Origin: Emiliania huxleyi CCMP1516
Lineage: Eukaryota
Assembly (NCBI RefSeq): GCF_000372725.1
Contig: NW_005201318.1
Location: 231,016-295,015, forward strand
DNA length: 64,000 nt
Reading direction: 5' to 3'
Every line of letters starts with the position of its first letter. Position 1 is the first letter of the stretch. Positions 45,898-56,005 of the stretch are shown here, piece by piece. A program made the position numbers and the translations under genes. The notes under the pieces were generated by a model, which was not told where the DNA came from, ran no database searches, and was given only the letters and a program-made list of their open reading frames with translations.

Positions 45898-48800
45898 TTA
45901 CCAACCGCCCCGCCCCACGCCCCGCCCGCCCCGCCCGCCCCTCCCGCCCCGCCCACCGCGTCCGCCGCGTCCGCGCCTGCCGACTGCCGGCATAGCGCCG
46001 CCGGCCGGCGGAGGGTTCGGCACCGCGCGAGGAGACTGGTAGACAAAGGTCGTCTGCGCCGCCACGCATGCTCCAGTGTCGACGATCGGCAGCGCCGGAC
46101 GGCGGCAGGCCGGGCAGTTGGTGTCGCGCTCCAGCACGCGCGGCGCACATGCCTCGCAGTACAGCGCGTGGCCGCACGCGAATCGAACCGAGCGAGGCGC
46201 GTCGTAGCAGAGGTCACACTGGCGCTCCTCGGCCCCAGCCGTCTCCTCCACCGCCCCCGCCGCCTCGACCAGCGCCTCCAGCCTCGGCAGCGCCTCCGCG
46301 AGCGGCATCCGCCTCTTCTTCCGAACGAACGCCAGCCCGACCACGAGCCGCGCCAGCTCCTCGGCCTGCGCCTCCGACCAGCCCGCGTCGGCCGCCGCGA
46401 TGCTCTCCGCCGTGTCGGGCTCCTCCAGCGCATCATCGCACGCGCTGAGCAAGCCGAGAGCGCCGCGGCCGGTCAGGGCGACGAGCAGCGTGATGCCGAG
46501 CGCGAAGCCGTCAGTGAGCTGCGAAGCCTGGCCGTCGTTGAGGATGATCTGGTCAATGTAGCCGGGCTTGCCAAAGAGGCGCTGCGTCGACAGGTGCGAG
46601 ACCTGTCCGCCGGCCGTTGCCTCTGCCGCGCGCGCGAGGCCCACGTCGGCGAGGTAGCCGTTGCCGCGCTCGTCGAGCAAGATGTTGCCCGCCGAGACGT
46701 CGCGGTGCAGGATCATCGGAGAGAGCGTGTGCAAGTAATGCAGCGCTCTCGCCGCGTCGCGCAGGACGCGGAGCCGTGCGGCGGCGGAGAGCGGCGAAGG
46801 CGGCGTCTCGAAGCCGAGCATGCGGAGCCGCTGCAGCGCGGCTGGCGAGCGGTAGAGGCGGTCCTCGAGGCTGCCGCCGCGGCAGAGGGGGTAGACGAGG
46901 CACGCTCTCGCCGGCGCCAAGCAGACGCCGAGCAGAGGGAGCAGGGACGGGTGGCACGCCGCGCTGAGCGTACGCACCTCGCTCTGCAGCTCGGCGAGGC
47001 CTTGGGCGCCGACACCGACCAGCGCCGTCTTGACCGCGAACCCGCAAGCGACGCGCGGAAGCGACGGCAGCGCGTCGGCGCGGTAGACGCGCCCAAAGCC
47101 TCCCTCGCCCACCTTGCGCGCCTCGGCAAAGCCGTCGGTCGCCGCGATGAGCTCGTCGAGAGGGACGGCGGCGGGCGGCGCGGCGGCGGCGGCGAGGGCG
47201 GCAACACTCGCCGCCGCCTTCGCCGCCTCCGCCGCCGCTGCCGCCGCCTCCGCCGCCTCTTGAGCCTCCGCTGCCTCTCGAGCCTCCGCCGCCGCCACGG
47301 CCGCCACTGCCGCCTCTACAGCCGCCGCCTCCGCCTCCGCCTCCGCCGCCGCCACCTCCGCCGCCTCCGCCTCCGCCCTCAACCTCGCCTCTTCCCTCTC
47401 CCTTGCAGCCTCCTCCCTTGCCCTCGCCTCTGCCTCCTCCCTAGCCCGCGACGCGGCCTCCGCCTCCTCCGCCGCCCGCGCCGCCGCATCCGCCTCCTCC
47501 GCCGCCCTCGCTACCGCCGCCGCCTGCCTCGCCGCCGCCTTCTCCTCCTTCTGTCGCTGCCGCTTCAGCGCCCTGGCCTCGCGGGTCCTGCGCTCCGCCA
47601 TCTCGTCGCGCAGCCGCCGCGCCGCCCGCAGCGCCTCCGAGCCGTCGGCGGCGTCGGTGTTCGCGTTGATCGCCGCCCTGAGCGCCTCGAGATCGGCGTC
47701 GCCTCGACCGCACGCCTCAACCGCCTCGCGCAGCGCCGCCTCGGCAGCATCGCGCGCCTCCGCCGCCTCCGCAGCCGCTGCCGCCTCGCGTGCGGCCGCC
47801 GCGGCCTGTTCGGCTGATTCTGCGACCACCGTCTCCCTCTCCGCCTCTGCTGTGGTCGACGAGTGCTCCTCGAAGGCGCGCACGCACTCGGCGTTGCCCT
47901 CCTCCTTGGCAACCTGCAGCGCCGTCTTGCCGCTTTCAGAGCGCACCGCCGTGTCTGCACCCGCCCGCAGAAAGCGCCGCACGACGGCGGGGCGGTTGAG
48001 GAGGGCGGCGTACATCAGCGCGGTAGCGCCGTCGCTGTCCCGCAAGTTGACCTCAGCGCCGCGCCGTACCAGCAAGTCGACCACCTGCTCGTGGCCTTGG
48101 TCGGCGGCGTGCATCAGCGCGTTCCAGCCTTTGCTACTCTGCAGGTTGACCTCAGCGCCGCGCCGCATCAGCAAGTCGACCACCTGCTCGTGGCCTTGGT
48201 CGGCGGCGGCCATCAGCGCGGTGCCGCCGCCGCTGGCCGGCAGGTTGATCTCAGCGCCGCGCCGCATCAGCAAGTCGACCACCTGCTCGTGGCCCTGGCC
48301 GGCGGCGATCATCAGCGCGGTGTCGCCGTCGCTGCTCTGCTGGTTGACCTCTGCGCCGCGCTGCAGCAGCAACTCGACCAGCCGCTCCTGGCCGTGGCCG
48401 GCGGCGCCCATCAGCAGCGTGAAGCCGCTCACGCCGGCTCTCTCGTACGTCGCGTTGACCCGCCCGCCGCCCTCGAGCCACGCCAGCACCGCCGCCTCCT
48501 CGCCTCGCTCAGCCGCTGTCACGACCGCGTCGGAGACTGCCGCGGCACCGCCTGACACTGGCTCCGCCGCTGCCGGCGACAGATTACCCGGCCGCACTCG
48601 CACGCTCTCGCCGCCGCCCTCGAGCGCCACCGCGTACCGCCCGCCCTCGAAGCTCCGCGCCACGCCCCACCGCCCGTTCAGCTCGGGGCGGGCAGAGAGC
48701 CCGCCGAGCACGACTCGCTGGCCGAGGAGCGGCGCGTCCTCAGCTGCTGCCGCTGCCGCGCCCGAGGAAGCGCGGTCGGCCCCTACCCGGCCCTCCGCAG

Positions 48801-51800
48801 CCGCCGCCGCTGCCTTAGTCAAGATCTTGACGCACGCGGCGTTGCCCTTCTCCTTGGCAACCTGCAGCGCCGTCATGCCGCTTTCAGAGCGCACCGCCGT
48901 GTCTGCGCCCGCCCGCAGCAAGCGCTGCACGACGGTGGGGCGGTTGAAGAAGGCGGCGATCATCAGCGCGGTGCCGCCGGTGCTGTGCTGCAGGTTGACC
49001 TCAGCGCCGTGCCGAATCAGCAGCTCGACCACCCGCTCGTGGCCTTGGTCGGCGGCGAACATCAGCGCGGTCCAGCCGTCGCTGTTCTGCTGGTTGACAT
49101 CAGCCCCACGCCGCAGCAGCAGCTCGACCACCTGCTCGTGGCCGTTGTTGGCGGCGAACATCAGCGCGGAGGAGCCGTCGCTGTCCTGGAGGTTGATCTC
49201 CGCGCCGTGCTGCAGCAGCAGCTCGACCACCCGATCGCGGCCGTGGCCGGCGGCGCCGATCAGCAGCGTGATGCCGCTAGTCTCGCCTCTCTCGTACGTC
49301 GCGTCGACCCGCCCGCCACCGTCAAGCCACTCCAGCACCGCCTCCTCCTCGCCTCGCTCCGCCGCTGCGATGACCGCATCGGGGGCTGCCACGCCACCGC
49401 TCGGCGCCCGCCTCGCCGCCACCGCTGGAGATAGCGTCTTCGCGGCTCTCGATCCAGCCGAGGAAACGCCGCCTGCGGATTCGCCGCCGGCTGCCGTCGC
49501 CGTGGGCCGTCCCGCCACCACCTCCTGGACGTGCTTCTTGAAGGCATCGACGCACTCGGCGTGGCCCTCCTGCTTGGCCATCTGCAGCCCCGTCATGCCG
49601 TTTGCATTGCGCGCCGCCGTGTCTGCGCCCGCCTGCAGCAAGCGCCTCACAACGGCGGGGCGGTTGAAGACGGCGGCGAGCATCAGCGCGGTGGAGCCGT
49701 CGCTGCTCTGCAGGTTGATCTCCGCGCCGCGCCGTATCAGCAAGTCGACCACCCGCTCGCGGCCGTGGAGGGCGGCGCCCATCAGCGCGGTGCCGCCGTC
49801 GCTGTCCTGCTTGTTGATCTCCGCGCCGCGCTGCAGCAGCAGCTCGACCACCCGCTCGTGGCCGCTGCGGGCGGCGCCCAGCAGCAGCGTGAGGCCGCTC
49901 ACCTCGCCTCTCTCGTACGTCGCGTTGACCCGCCCGCCGCCTTCGAGCCATGCCAGCAGCGCCTCCTCGTCGCCTCGCACAGCCGCTGCGAGGATCTCAT
50001 CGGAGACTGCCGCGGCACCGCTCGACGCCCGCTCCGCCGCCGCCGGCGACAGATTACCCGGCCGCACTCGCACGCTCTCGCCGCCACCCTCAAGCGCCAC
50101 CGCGTACCGGCCGCCCTCGAAGCTCTGAGCCACGCCCCGCTGCCCGTTCAGCTCGGGGCGGGAGGAGAGCCCGCCGAGCACGACGCGCTGGCCGAGCAGC
50201 GGCGCGTCCTCAGCTGCCGCTGCCGCGCCCGAGGAAGCGCCGTCCGCCCCTGCCCGGCCCTCAGCAGCCGCCGCCGCTGCCTCAGTCAAGAAACTGACGC
50301 ACTCGGCGTTGCCCTTCTTCTTGGCCGTCTGCAGCGCCGTCATGCCGCTTTCAGAGCGCACCGCCGTGTCTGCGCCCGCCCGCAGCAAGCGCCGCACGAC
50401 GGCGGGGCGGTTGAAGAAGGCGGCGATCATCAGCGCGGTGGCGCCGCTGTCCTGCAGGTTGACATCAGCGCCGCGCCGTATCAGCAGCTCGACCACCCGC
50501 TCGTGGCCTTCCTGGGCGGCGACCATCAGCGCGGTGGAGCCGTCGCTGCTCTGGTTGATCTCAGCGCCGCGCTGCAGCAGCAAGTCAACCACTCGCTCGT
50601 GGCCCCCTTGGGCGGCGGCCATCAGCGCGGTGACGCCGATGCTGTTATGCAGGTTGAGCTCAGCGCCGTGCCGAAGGAGCAAGTCGACCACCCGCTCGTG
50701 GCCGTACACGGCGGCGCCCATCAGCAGCGTGAGGCCGCTCACCTCGCCGCTCTTGTACGTCGCGTCGACCCGCCCGCCGTCCTCGAGCCACGCCAGCACC
50801 GCCGCCTCCTCGCCTCCCTCAGCCGCTGCGATGACCGCATCGGAGACTGCCACGCCACCGCTCGACGCCCGCCCCGCCGCCACTGCTGGAGATAGCGTCT
50901 CCGCGACTCTCGATCCAGCCGAGGAAACGCCGCCGGAGGAAGCGCCGCCTGCGCCTTCGCCGCCGGCTGCCGTCGCTGCGGGCCGTCCCGCCACCACCGC
51001 CTCCTGGACGTGCTTCTTGAAGGCCTCGACGCACTCGGCGTGGCCCTCTTGCTTGGCAAGCTGCAGCGCCGTCTTGCCGTTTGCATCGCGCGCCGCCGTG
51101 TCTGCGCCCGCCCGCAGCAAGCGCCGCACGACGGCGGGGCAGTTGAAGACGGCGGCGAGCATCAGCGCGGTGCAGCCGTTGCTACTCTGCAGGTTGATCT
51201 CCGCGCCGTGCCGAAGCAGCAGCTCGACCACCCGATCGTGGCCGTTGCCGGCGGCGTCCATCAGCAGCGTGAGGCCGATGTTACTCTGCAGGTTGATCTC
51301 AGCGCCGTGCTGCAGGAGCAAGTCAACCACTCGCTCGTGGTCGGCGGCGGCCATCAGCGCGGTGCAGCCGATGCTGTTCTGCAGGTTGATGTCCGCGCCG
51401 TGCTGCAGCAGCAACTCGACCACCCGCTCGTGGCCGTAGAAGGCGGCGCCGATCAGCAGTGTGAGGCCGCTCACCTCGCCGCTCTCGTACGTCGCGTCGG
51501 CCCGCCCGCCGCCCTCGAGCCACGCCAGCACCGCCGCCTCCTCGCCTCGCTCAGCTGCTGCCACGACCGCGTCTGGGGCTGCCGCGCCACCGCCTGACAC
51601 TGGCTCCGCCGCCGCCAGCGACAGATTACCTGGCCGCACCCGCACGCTCTCGCCGCCGCCCTCGAGCGCCACCGCGTACCGCCCGCCCTCGAAGCTCCGC
51701 GCCACGCCCCACCACCCGTTCAGCTCGGGGCGGGCAGAGAGCCCACCGAGCACGACGCGCTGGCCGAGCAGCGGGGGGGCGTCCACAGCCGCTCGGCACA

Positions 51801-51801
51801 T
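45898..51801 (-). CDS. 1967-aa protein: three SH3-like repeats, five ankyrin modules, coiled coil, IRAK/Pelle-like kinase, RING finger and RGG tail
   Basis: GQRVVLGGLSxRPELNG three times and ANK repeats. Kinase motifs GEGGFGRVY, AVK, HRDVSAGNILL, DVG and GKPGYID. RING CDLC...CGH...CEAC...CPAC. Confidence 0.92.
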   Translation of the reverse strand: MCRAAVDAPPLLGQRVVLGGLSARPELNGWWGVARSFEGGRYAVALEGGGESVRVRPGNLSLAAAEPVSGGGAAAPDAVVAAAERGEEAAVLAWLEGGGRADATYESGEVSGLTLLIGAAFYGHERVVELLLQHGADINLQNSIGCTALMAAADHERVVDLLLQHGAEINLQSNIGLTLLMDAAGNGHDRVVELLLRHGAEINLQSSNGCTALMLAAVFNCPAVVRRLLRAGADTAARDANGKTALQLAKQEGHAECVEAFKKHVQEAVVAGRPAATAAGGEGAGGASSGGVSSAGSRVAETLSPAVAAGRASSGGVAVSDAVIAAAEGGEEAAVLAWLEDGGRVDATYKSGEVSGLTLLMGAAVYGHERVVDLLLRHGAELNLHNSIGVTALMAAAQGGHERVVDLLLQRGAEINQSSDGSTALMVAAQEGHERVVELLIRRGADVNLQDSGATALMIAAFFNRPAVVRRLLRAGADTAVRSESGMTALQTAKKKGNAECVSFLTEAAAAAAEGRAGADGASSGAAAAAEDAPLLGQRVVLGGLSSRPELNGQRGVAQSFEGGRYAVALEGGGESVRVRPGNLSPAAAERASSGAAAVSDEILAAAVRGDEEALLAWLEGGGRVNATYERGEVSGLTLLLGAARSGHERVVELLLQRGAEINKQDSDGGTALMGAALHGRERVVDLLIRRGAEINLQSSDGSTALMLAAVFNRPAVVRRLLQAGADTAARNANGMTGLQMAKQEGHAECVDAFKKHVQEVVAGRPTATAAGGESAGGVSSAGSRAAKTLSPAVAARRAPSGGVAAPDAVIAAAERGEEEAVLEWLDGGGRVDATYERGETSGITLLIGAAGHGRDRVVELLLQHGAEINLQDSDGSSALMFAANNGHEQVVELLLRRGADVNQQNSDGWTALMFAADQGHERVVELLIRHGAEVNLQHSTGGTALMIAAFFNRPTVVQRLLRAGADTAVRSESGMTALQVAKEKGNAACVKILTKAAAAAAEGRVGADRASSGAAAAAAEDAPLLGQRVVLGGLSARPELNGRWGVARSFEGGRYAVALEGGGESVRVRPGNLSPAAAEPVSGGAAAVSDAVVTAAERGEEAAVLAWLEGGGRVNATYERAGVSGFTLLMGAAGHGQERLVELLLQRGAEVNQQSSDGDTALMIAAGQGHEQVVDLLMRRGAEINLPASGGGTALMAAADQGHEQVVDLLMRRGAEVNLQSSKGWNALMHAADQGHEQVVDLLVRRGAEVNLRDSDGATALMYAALLNRPAVVRRFLRAGADTAVRSESGKTALQVAKEEGNAECVRAFEEHSSTTAEAERETVVAESAEQAAAAAREAAAAAEAAEARDAAEAALREAVEACGRGDADLEALRAAINANTDAADGSEALRAARRLRDEMAERRTREARALKRQRQKEEKAAARQAAAVARAAEEADAAARAAEEAEAASRAREEAEARAREEAAREREEARLRAEAEAAEVAAAEAEAEAAAVEAAVAAVAAAEAREAAEAQEAAEAAAAAAEAAKAAASVAALAAAAAPPAAVPLDELIAATDGFAEARKVGEGGFGRVYRADALPSLPRVACGFAVKTALVGVGAQGLAELQSEVRTLSAACHPSLLPLLGVCLAPARACLVYPLCRGGSLEDRLYRSPAALQRLRMLGFETPPSPLSAAARLRVLRDAARALHYLHTLSPMILHRDVSAGNILLDERGNGYLADVGLARAAEATAGGQVSHLSTQRLFGKPGYIDQIILNDGQASQLTDGFALGITLLVALTGRGALGLLSACDDALEEPDTAESIAAADAGWSEAQAEELARLVVGLAFVRKKRRMPLAEALPRLEALVEAAGAVEETAGAEERQCDLCYDAPRSVRFACGHALYCEACAPRVLERDTNCPACRRPALPIVDTGACVAAQTTFVYQSPRAVPNPPPAGGAMPAVGRRGRGGRGGRGGRGGRGGRGVGRGGW

Positions 51802-52058
51802 GCCCGCGCCCGCGATTTCTTTTTCTTACTTTCATCTGTTTTCGGGGCCCACTCCCTTTGCAGCCACTCATAAAATCGTTGGGTCGCTTCAGTTCACGAA
51901 GTCCCCCCGTGGGCCGACCCTCCGATTTTATGAGAAGAGAACAAAGGGAGTGTTCGGGGCCCCGTGTTGCGTTTACGAGAGAGATTTTTAGCAATACCAA
52001 ACAACTCTAACACTCACACGTAATTTGGGGCCTGGAGCCCTGTTCACTGAACAACGCT

Positions 52059-52173
52059 ATAAGGTTTTCGCTCGCCTTCCCTGGGACCCCGTGTTGCGTG
52101 ACTGTCTCTGTGCGATTTCGGGCCCGGGGTTGAGAGAGAGTTTGTGTTTGCGGGGTTGTGCGTTTATGTGAAC
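52059..52173 (-). mobile_element. Intergenic copy of the dispersed element (minus strand)
   Basis: Reverse complement of the 29303-29400 sequence, with a short insertion. Confidence 0.8.
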
Positions 52174-53613
52174 AACGCGGCGAGTTCCGAACGCGATTTC
52201 TGAGCCGGGAAGGTTCCTCCGGCGGCGCCGCCGGGCGCCTGCGGCTGCGCGCTGCGCCGCCCCCCCTGCTCCGACGAGTCTGCGAGCTGCGTGTGCAGCC
52301 GGGTCCTCGCTCCCTCCACACGAGAAAAGAATTTACAAGGCTCACTCTTGCCTCGGCCTCGCACGCACAACACTGGGCACGGGACTCGACAAAAGAAAAG
52401 GTACATTCGTATTATCGCTGTTTCCTGTGACGAACGTCGGCGATAATACAGCGATAAGCAATTTTTTTATCGTTCATCTCAGACGCCTTGAACCGACGTC
52501 GATCATACTCTCCTGGGACCACACACTCGACACTGTGCTGATGATTCACCGGACACTGTGCTGACGATTCACTGCTCCGTCGCAAGATGCTAGGCACTGG
52601 CACTCGTTACAAGAGTCAGGGAGAGAAGACAAGAGAGAGAGACCTACCTCCGGCCGTGAGATGGTGCCCACCAGACTGGGCGGGCGCGCGCTGCTCTCGC
52701 GTAGCGCGCCGGCACCGGGTCGAACCGCACGGGCACCAGCGAGTGGCACCGCAGCGCGCCGTCCGGCCCGGGTCGAACAGGTCCAGGCCCAATCTCGAAG
52801 ATGGCCAGCTTGCGCTCGGGCCCGTCCGCGTCCTGTGCGCGGCGCGGCAGTTTGGTGGGGTCGTTTGATGCGGTGCGAATGCCGGCGGGAGTGGCGAAAG
52901 CGGCGGTTCACTCGTTGAAGGTTGCTGTGTGCGGCGGTGGGGCGTGAGCGCACCGCTCGGCACTTTGCGCTGCAGGCCGCCTCGGGCGTCGGATAGCAGA
53001 CCAGGCCTACGGAGCGGCGCGCGACGCGTGAATTCGGCCCGGCCTCACGTCCACGGCGGCCAGCAAGGCGCGCGTGCCAGTGGCAGAAGCGTTGGTAACG
53101 GCGGCCGAGCTGACGCTCCGCCCGAGGTCAAAGGTGACTCGCGGCTGTCCGGCGGCGACCGAGTATGCGGAGCCGCGGTGCGGGGTGGGCCGTGGCGACA
53201 CCTCCACCAGTGCGAATCCCACCGCTGGCGCGCGGAAGACGGGCAGCGGTGTGCTCCACACCGGTGGCGGCCTGCCTTCGCGGAGCCTGCGAGCAAGCGG
53301 CGCAAAAAGAGGGTCGGAGGCGTTGCGACCGTGCGTGCTGAAGAGGCCGTGGCGGAGGGCCTGAGCTCGAGCGATCGGCTCACAATTTCGCGGCTGTGGG
53401 GGTGGAGCGAGGCGAGCGGAGGCTGCGTCCGAGGCTGCGTTTGCATGGCCGATGCTGAGAGCGAGAGCGATTGTGTCGCTCGACTCAAACGCGCCTGGGC
53501 GAGGTGTTTCTTTTGGCAGAATTCGAAGTGCTCCGAAAAGTAATTCTGTGTGCGTGTCGTGCGAGGGAGTTTCGTTGTAAAATTCTTTTTAGATTTCCGT
53601 GCGAGAGCTTTAA

Positions 53614-53860
<247 letters not shown>

Positions 53861-54038
53861 GATTGCGAGCGAGCGCGGGCGTGCTCGCAATCGCACACTC
53901 AGACAGAGCAGAGATGCTACGATTGCGAGGAGTGCTGCTCACTCCCGTGCTGCTCACTCCCCCCCCTTAAACTTCTAGGATTGCGGAGGCTGCTAACAAT
54001 CCTAGACGACGTCGGCCGTCCATTCCGTCTCATCCGCG

Positions 54039-55601
54039 ATGGTGGTGCCCTTCTTCATATACACGGAGCGCGCGCTCTGCCACGCATGGCTGCGGCAGTG
54101 CGACGGCTTCGATTCTCTGGCACACTCCGTCAACGACGCCAACCTGGCCGAGGTGGGGCTTTACGAGGCGCTTCGCCATCACCCCTGGCGGGTTCGCGAC
54201 GCGTCCGACGCGCAAGTCTTCTATGTCCCCGTGTTTGAGTTCACGTCACACACTCTGGGAGAGTGCAATGGCAGCTCTCACGAGGCACGGATGAGCGACC
54301 TCCACCGAGCGCTCCTCTCCTCTCCCCACTACCAGCGCTCTGGCGGGCTAGACCACATCTTTGCCAGCACGGCATGGTCAGCGCCTTGGCTGACCATGTC
54401 GGCTCGGATGGGCGACGCGGCTCGCGCGCTGACATGCGCCACCACCGGCCGATATAAGCGGTTTCCGACAGGCTCGTACAAGCGAGTCAGCGTGGTCGGC
54501 CGCTGCTCGCTAGAGATGCCGTACCAGGCGTCGCTGGCGGCCACGTTGCAATACAACAAGGACTGGACCAGACCGCCGTCGGCCAAAAATCTGCGCAAGC
54601 TCGACAGCGTGCTGCGTGCGCAGTCCAAGATGCTGCCGGCATCGCACGGGCCGACGGTGGAGGGCTCCTTCGTCGAGGCTTCCACCGTCGGAAGCCTCCT
54701 GGCGGGCGACGCCGATGGCGCCAACCTCCTCGCCAAGCAGGCGTTCCGGCGTATCCTCGGCCGCCGCCGCACGATGGTTCAGTTCTCGGGTGCGCTCGAC
54801 GTCTGCTGCACCGGTCGCGCTATCCGGTGCGCGGTCGGCAAGCTCATGGAGGCATGGCATGACGTGTCGGACGTCGTGATGCGGCCGTCCCTGCCGACCA
54901 ACCGATCCACCTGGGGCCGCTGCACCCGCGGCACTATGGAGCGTCTCGCGCTGCTGAAGAACGCATCGACACACGACCTAGTCGAGCTGGCAGGTTCGAC
55001 GGGCAGCTTAACGCCGATGGGGCGAGGCGCGAGGCGGAGGCGCCGGCTGGACCGGCGGCGGTCGGCTCGGGGCGGCAAGGCGAACGCGGGACCTGAGGCG
55101 GAGGGCCAAAAGGGCGGGCCCAACATGTGGAGGTACGCGTCGGTCGACAACAGCAAGGTGGAGCAGGCGGCAGTGGAGATGGCGGAGAGCGTCTTCTGCC
55201 TAGCTCCCGCCGGGGACAACTGCGTCTCGGCACGCTTCTACTCGGCGATCGCCGCCGGTTGCATACCGGTCGCCATCTGCGACGGCCTCAGGGGCGCCTT
55301 TGCGAACACCGTGCCATACGACGACTTTGTCGTACGCGTCAAGGCACGCGACTTTGTCAAGAACCCCGCCACTGCACTCGCTGTCCTGCGAGAGATGCCA
55401 GGGGAGGAGCTCCTGCGCCGGCAGCGCGCCTTGCAGGCGCACCGCGCCGACGTGCTGTACGACGTGCCGAGAACGCGCGTGGGCTCGCACTTTTTGCGCG
55501 AAGTGGTCGAGCATTGCATGAGTGGGAGCAACAATGAGAGCCTGCGGTCGCACGCGCCTACGGTCGAGCACTGTGTGCGGAAGGCAGGAATAGAGCTGTA
55601 A
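54039..55601 (+). CDS. Exostosin-family (GT47) glycosyltransferase; true 5' end uncertain
   Basis: AQVFYVPVF, RSGGLDHIF, SVFCLAPAGD...SARFYSAIAAGCIPV. Confidence 0.88.
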   Translation: MVVPFFIYTERALCHAWLRQCDGFDSLAHSVNDANLAEVGLYEALRHHPWRVRDASDAQVFYVPVFEFTSHTLGECNGSSHEARMSDLHRALLSSPHYQRSGGLDHIFASTAWSAPWLTMSARMGDAARALTCATTGRYKRFPTGSYKRVSVVGRCSLEMPYQASLAATLQYNKDWTRPPSAKNLRKLDSVLRAQSKMLPASHGPTVEGSFVEASTVGSLLAGDADGANLLAKQAFRRILGRRRTMVQFSGALDVCCTGRAIRCAVGKLMEAWHDVSDVVMRPSLPTNRSTWGRCTRGTMERLALLKNASTHDLVELAGSTGSLTPMGRGARRRRRLDRRRSARGGKANAGPEAEGQKGGPNMWRYASVDNSKVEQAAVEMAESVFCLAPAGDNCVSARFYSAIAAGCIPVAICDGLRGAFANTVPYDDFVVRVKARDFVKNPATALAVLREMPGEELLRRQRALQAHRADVLYDVPRTRVGSHFLREVVEHCMSGSNNESLRSHAPTVEHCVRKAGIEL

Positions 55602-55952
55602 CAGGCGGCCCTGTCCGCCTGTGCTTCTGGCGGGGCGCGTTGAGCCGTGCAGGCTGCAGCTGCAGCACTAGCAGGACGTAGAGGAGCTAGGAGCGTTAGA
55701 GTGTCGAGCGTGGTGCGAGGCCGAGGCTCGCTCACTCCAACAGTCGCGGGGGGGTCTGTCCGCGGGCTGCCAGGCTCCGACTGTGGGTGTGGCGTATCTA
55801 TCTGGGCGGTGGCCGGTGTCTCCGGGGAGCAGCAGCAGGGGGGCGGGCCTTCCCGCGCTTCCGCGACCGCGTTCCCGCGGCGCGGCACCCGCAGCACTTT
55901 ACGGCGGCCTGATTCCCCTTTTTCCTATAGGTTTTGATCGTATATACGAATC

Positions 55953-56005
55953 GTTCACAGCCTTGTTATTGAGAAGAAGATACGTCCTATGGCGCTGTTT
56001 TCACA
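55953..56005 (+). repeat. Partial copy of the dispersed element
   Basis: gttcacagccttgttattgagaagaagatacgtcctatggcgct matches 28699-28740. Confidence 0.8.

Noticed and set aside
52528..52575. CTGATGA/CTGACGA as a hammerhead ribozyme or C/D snoRNA
   Set aside because: It is a ~23-bp tandem duplication with no GAAA core or supporting stems.
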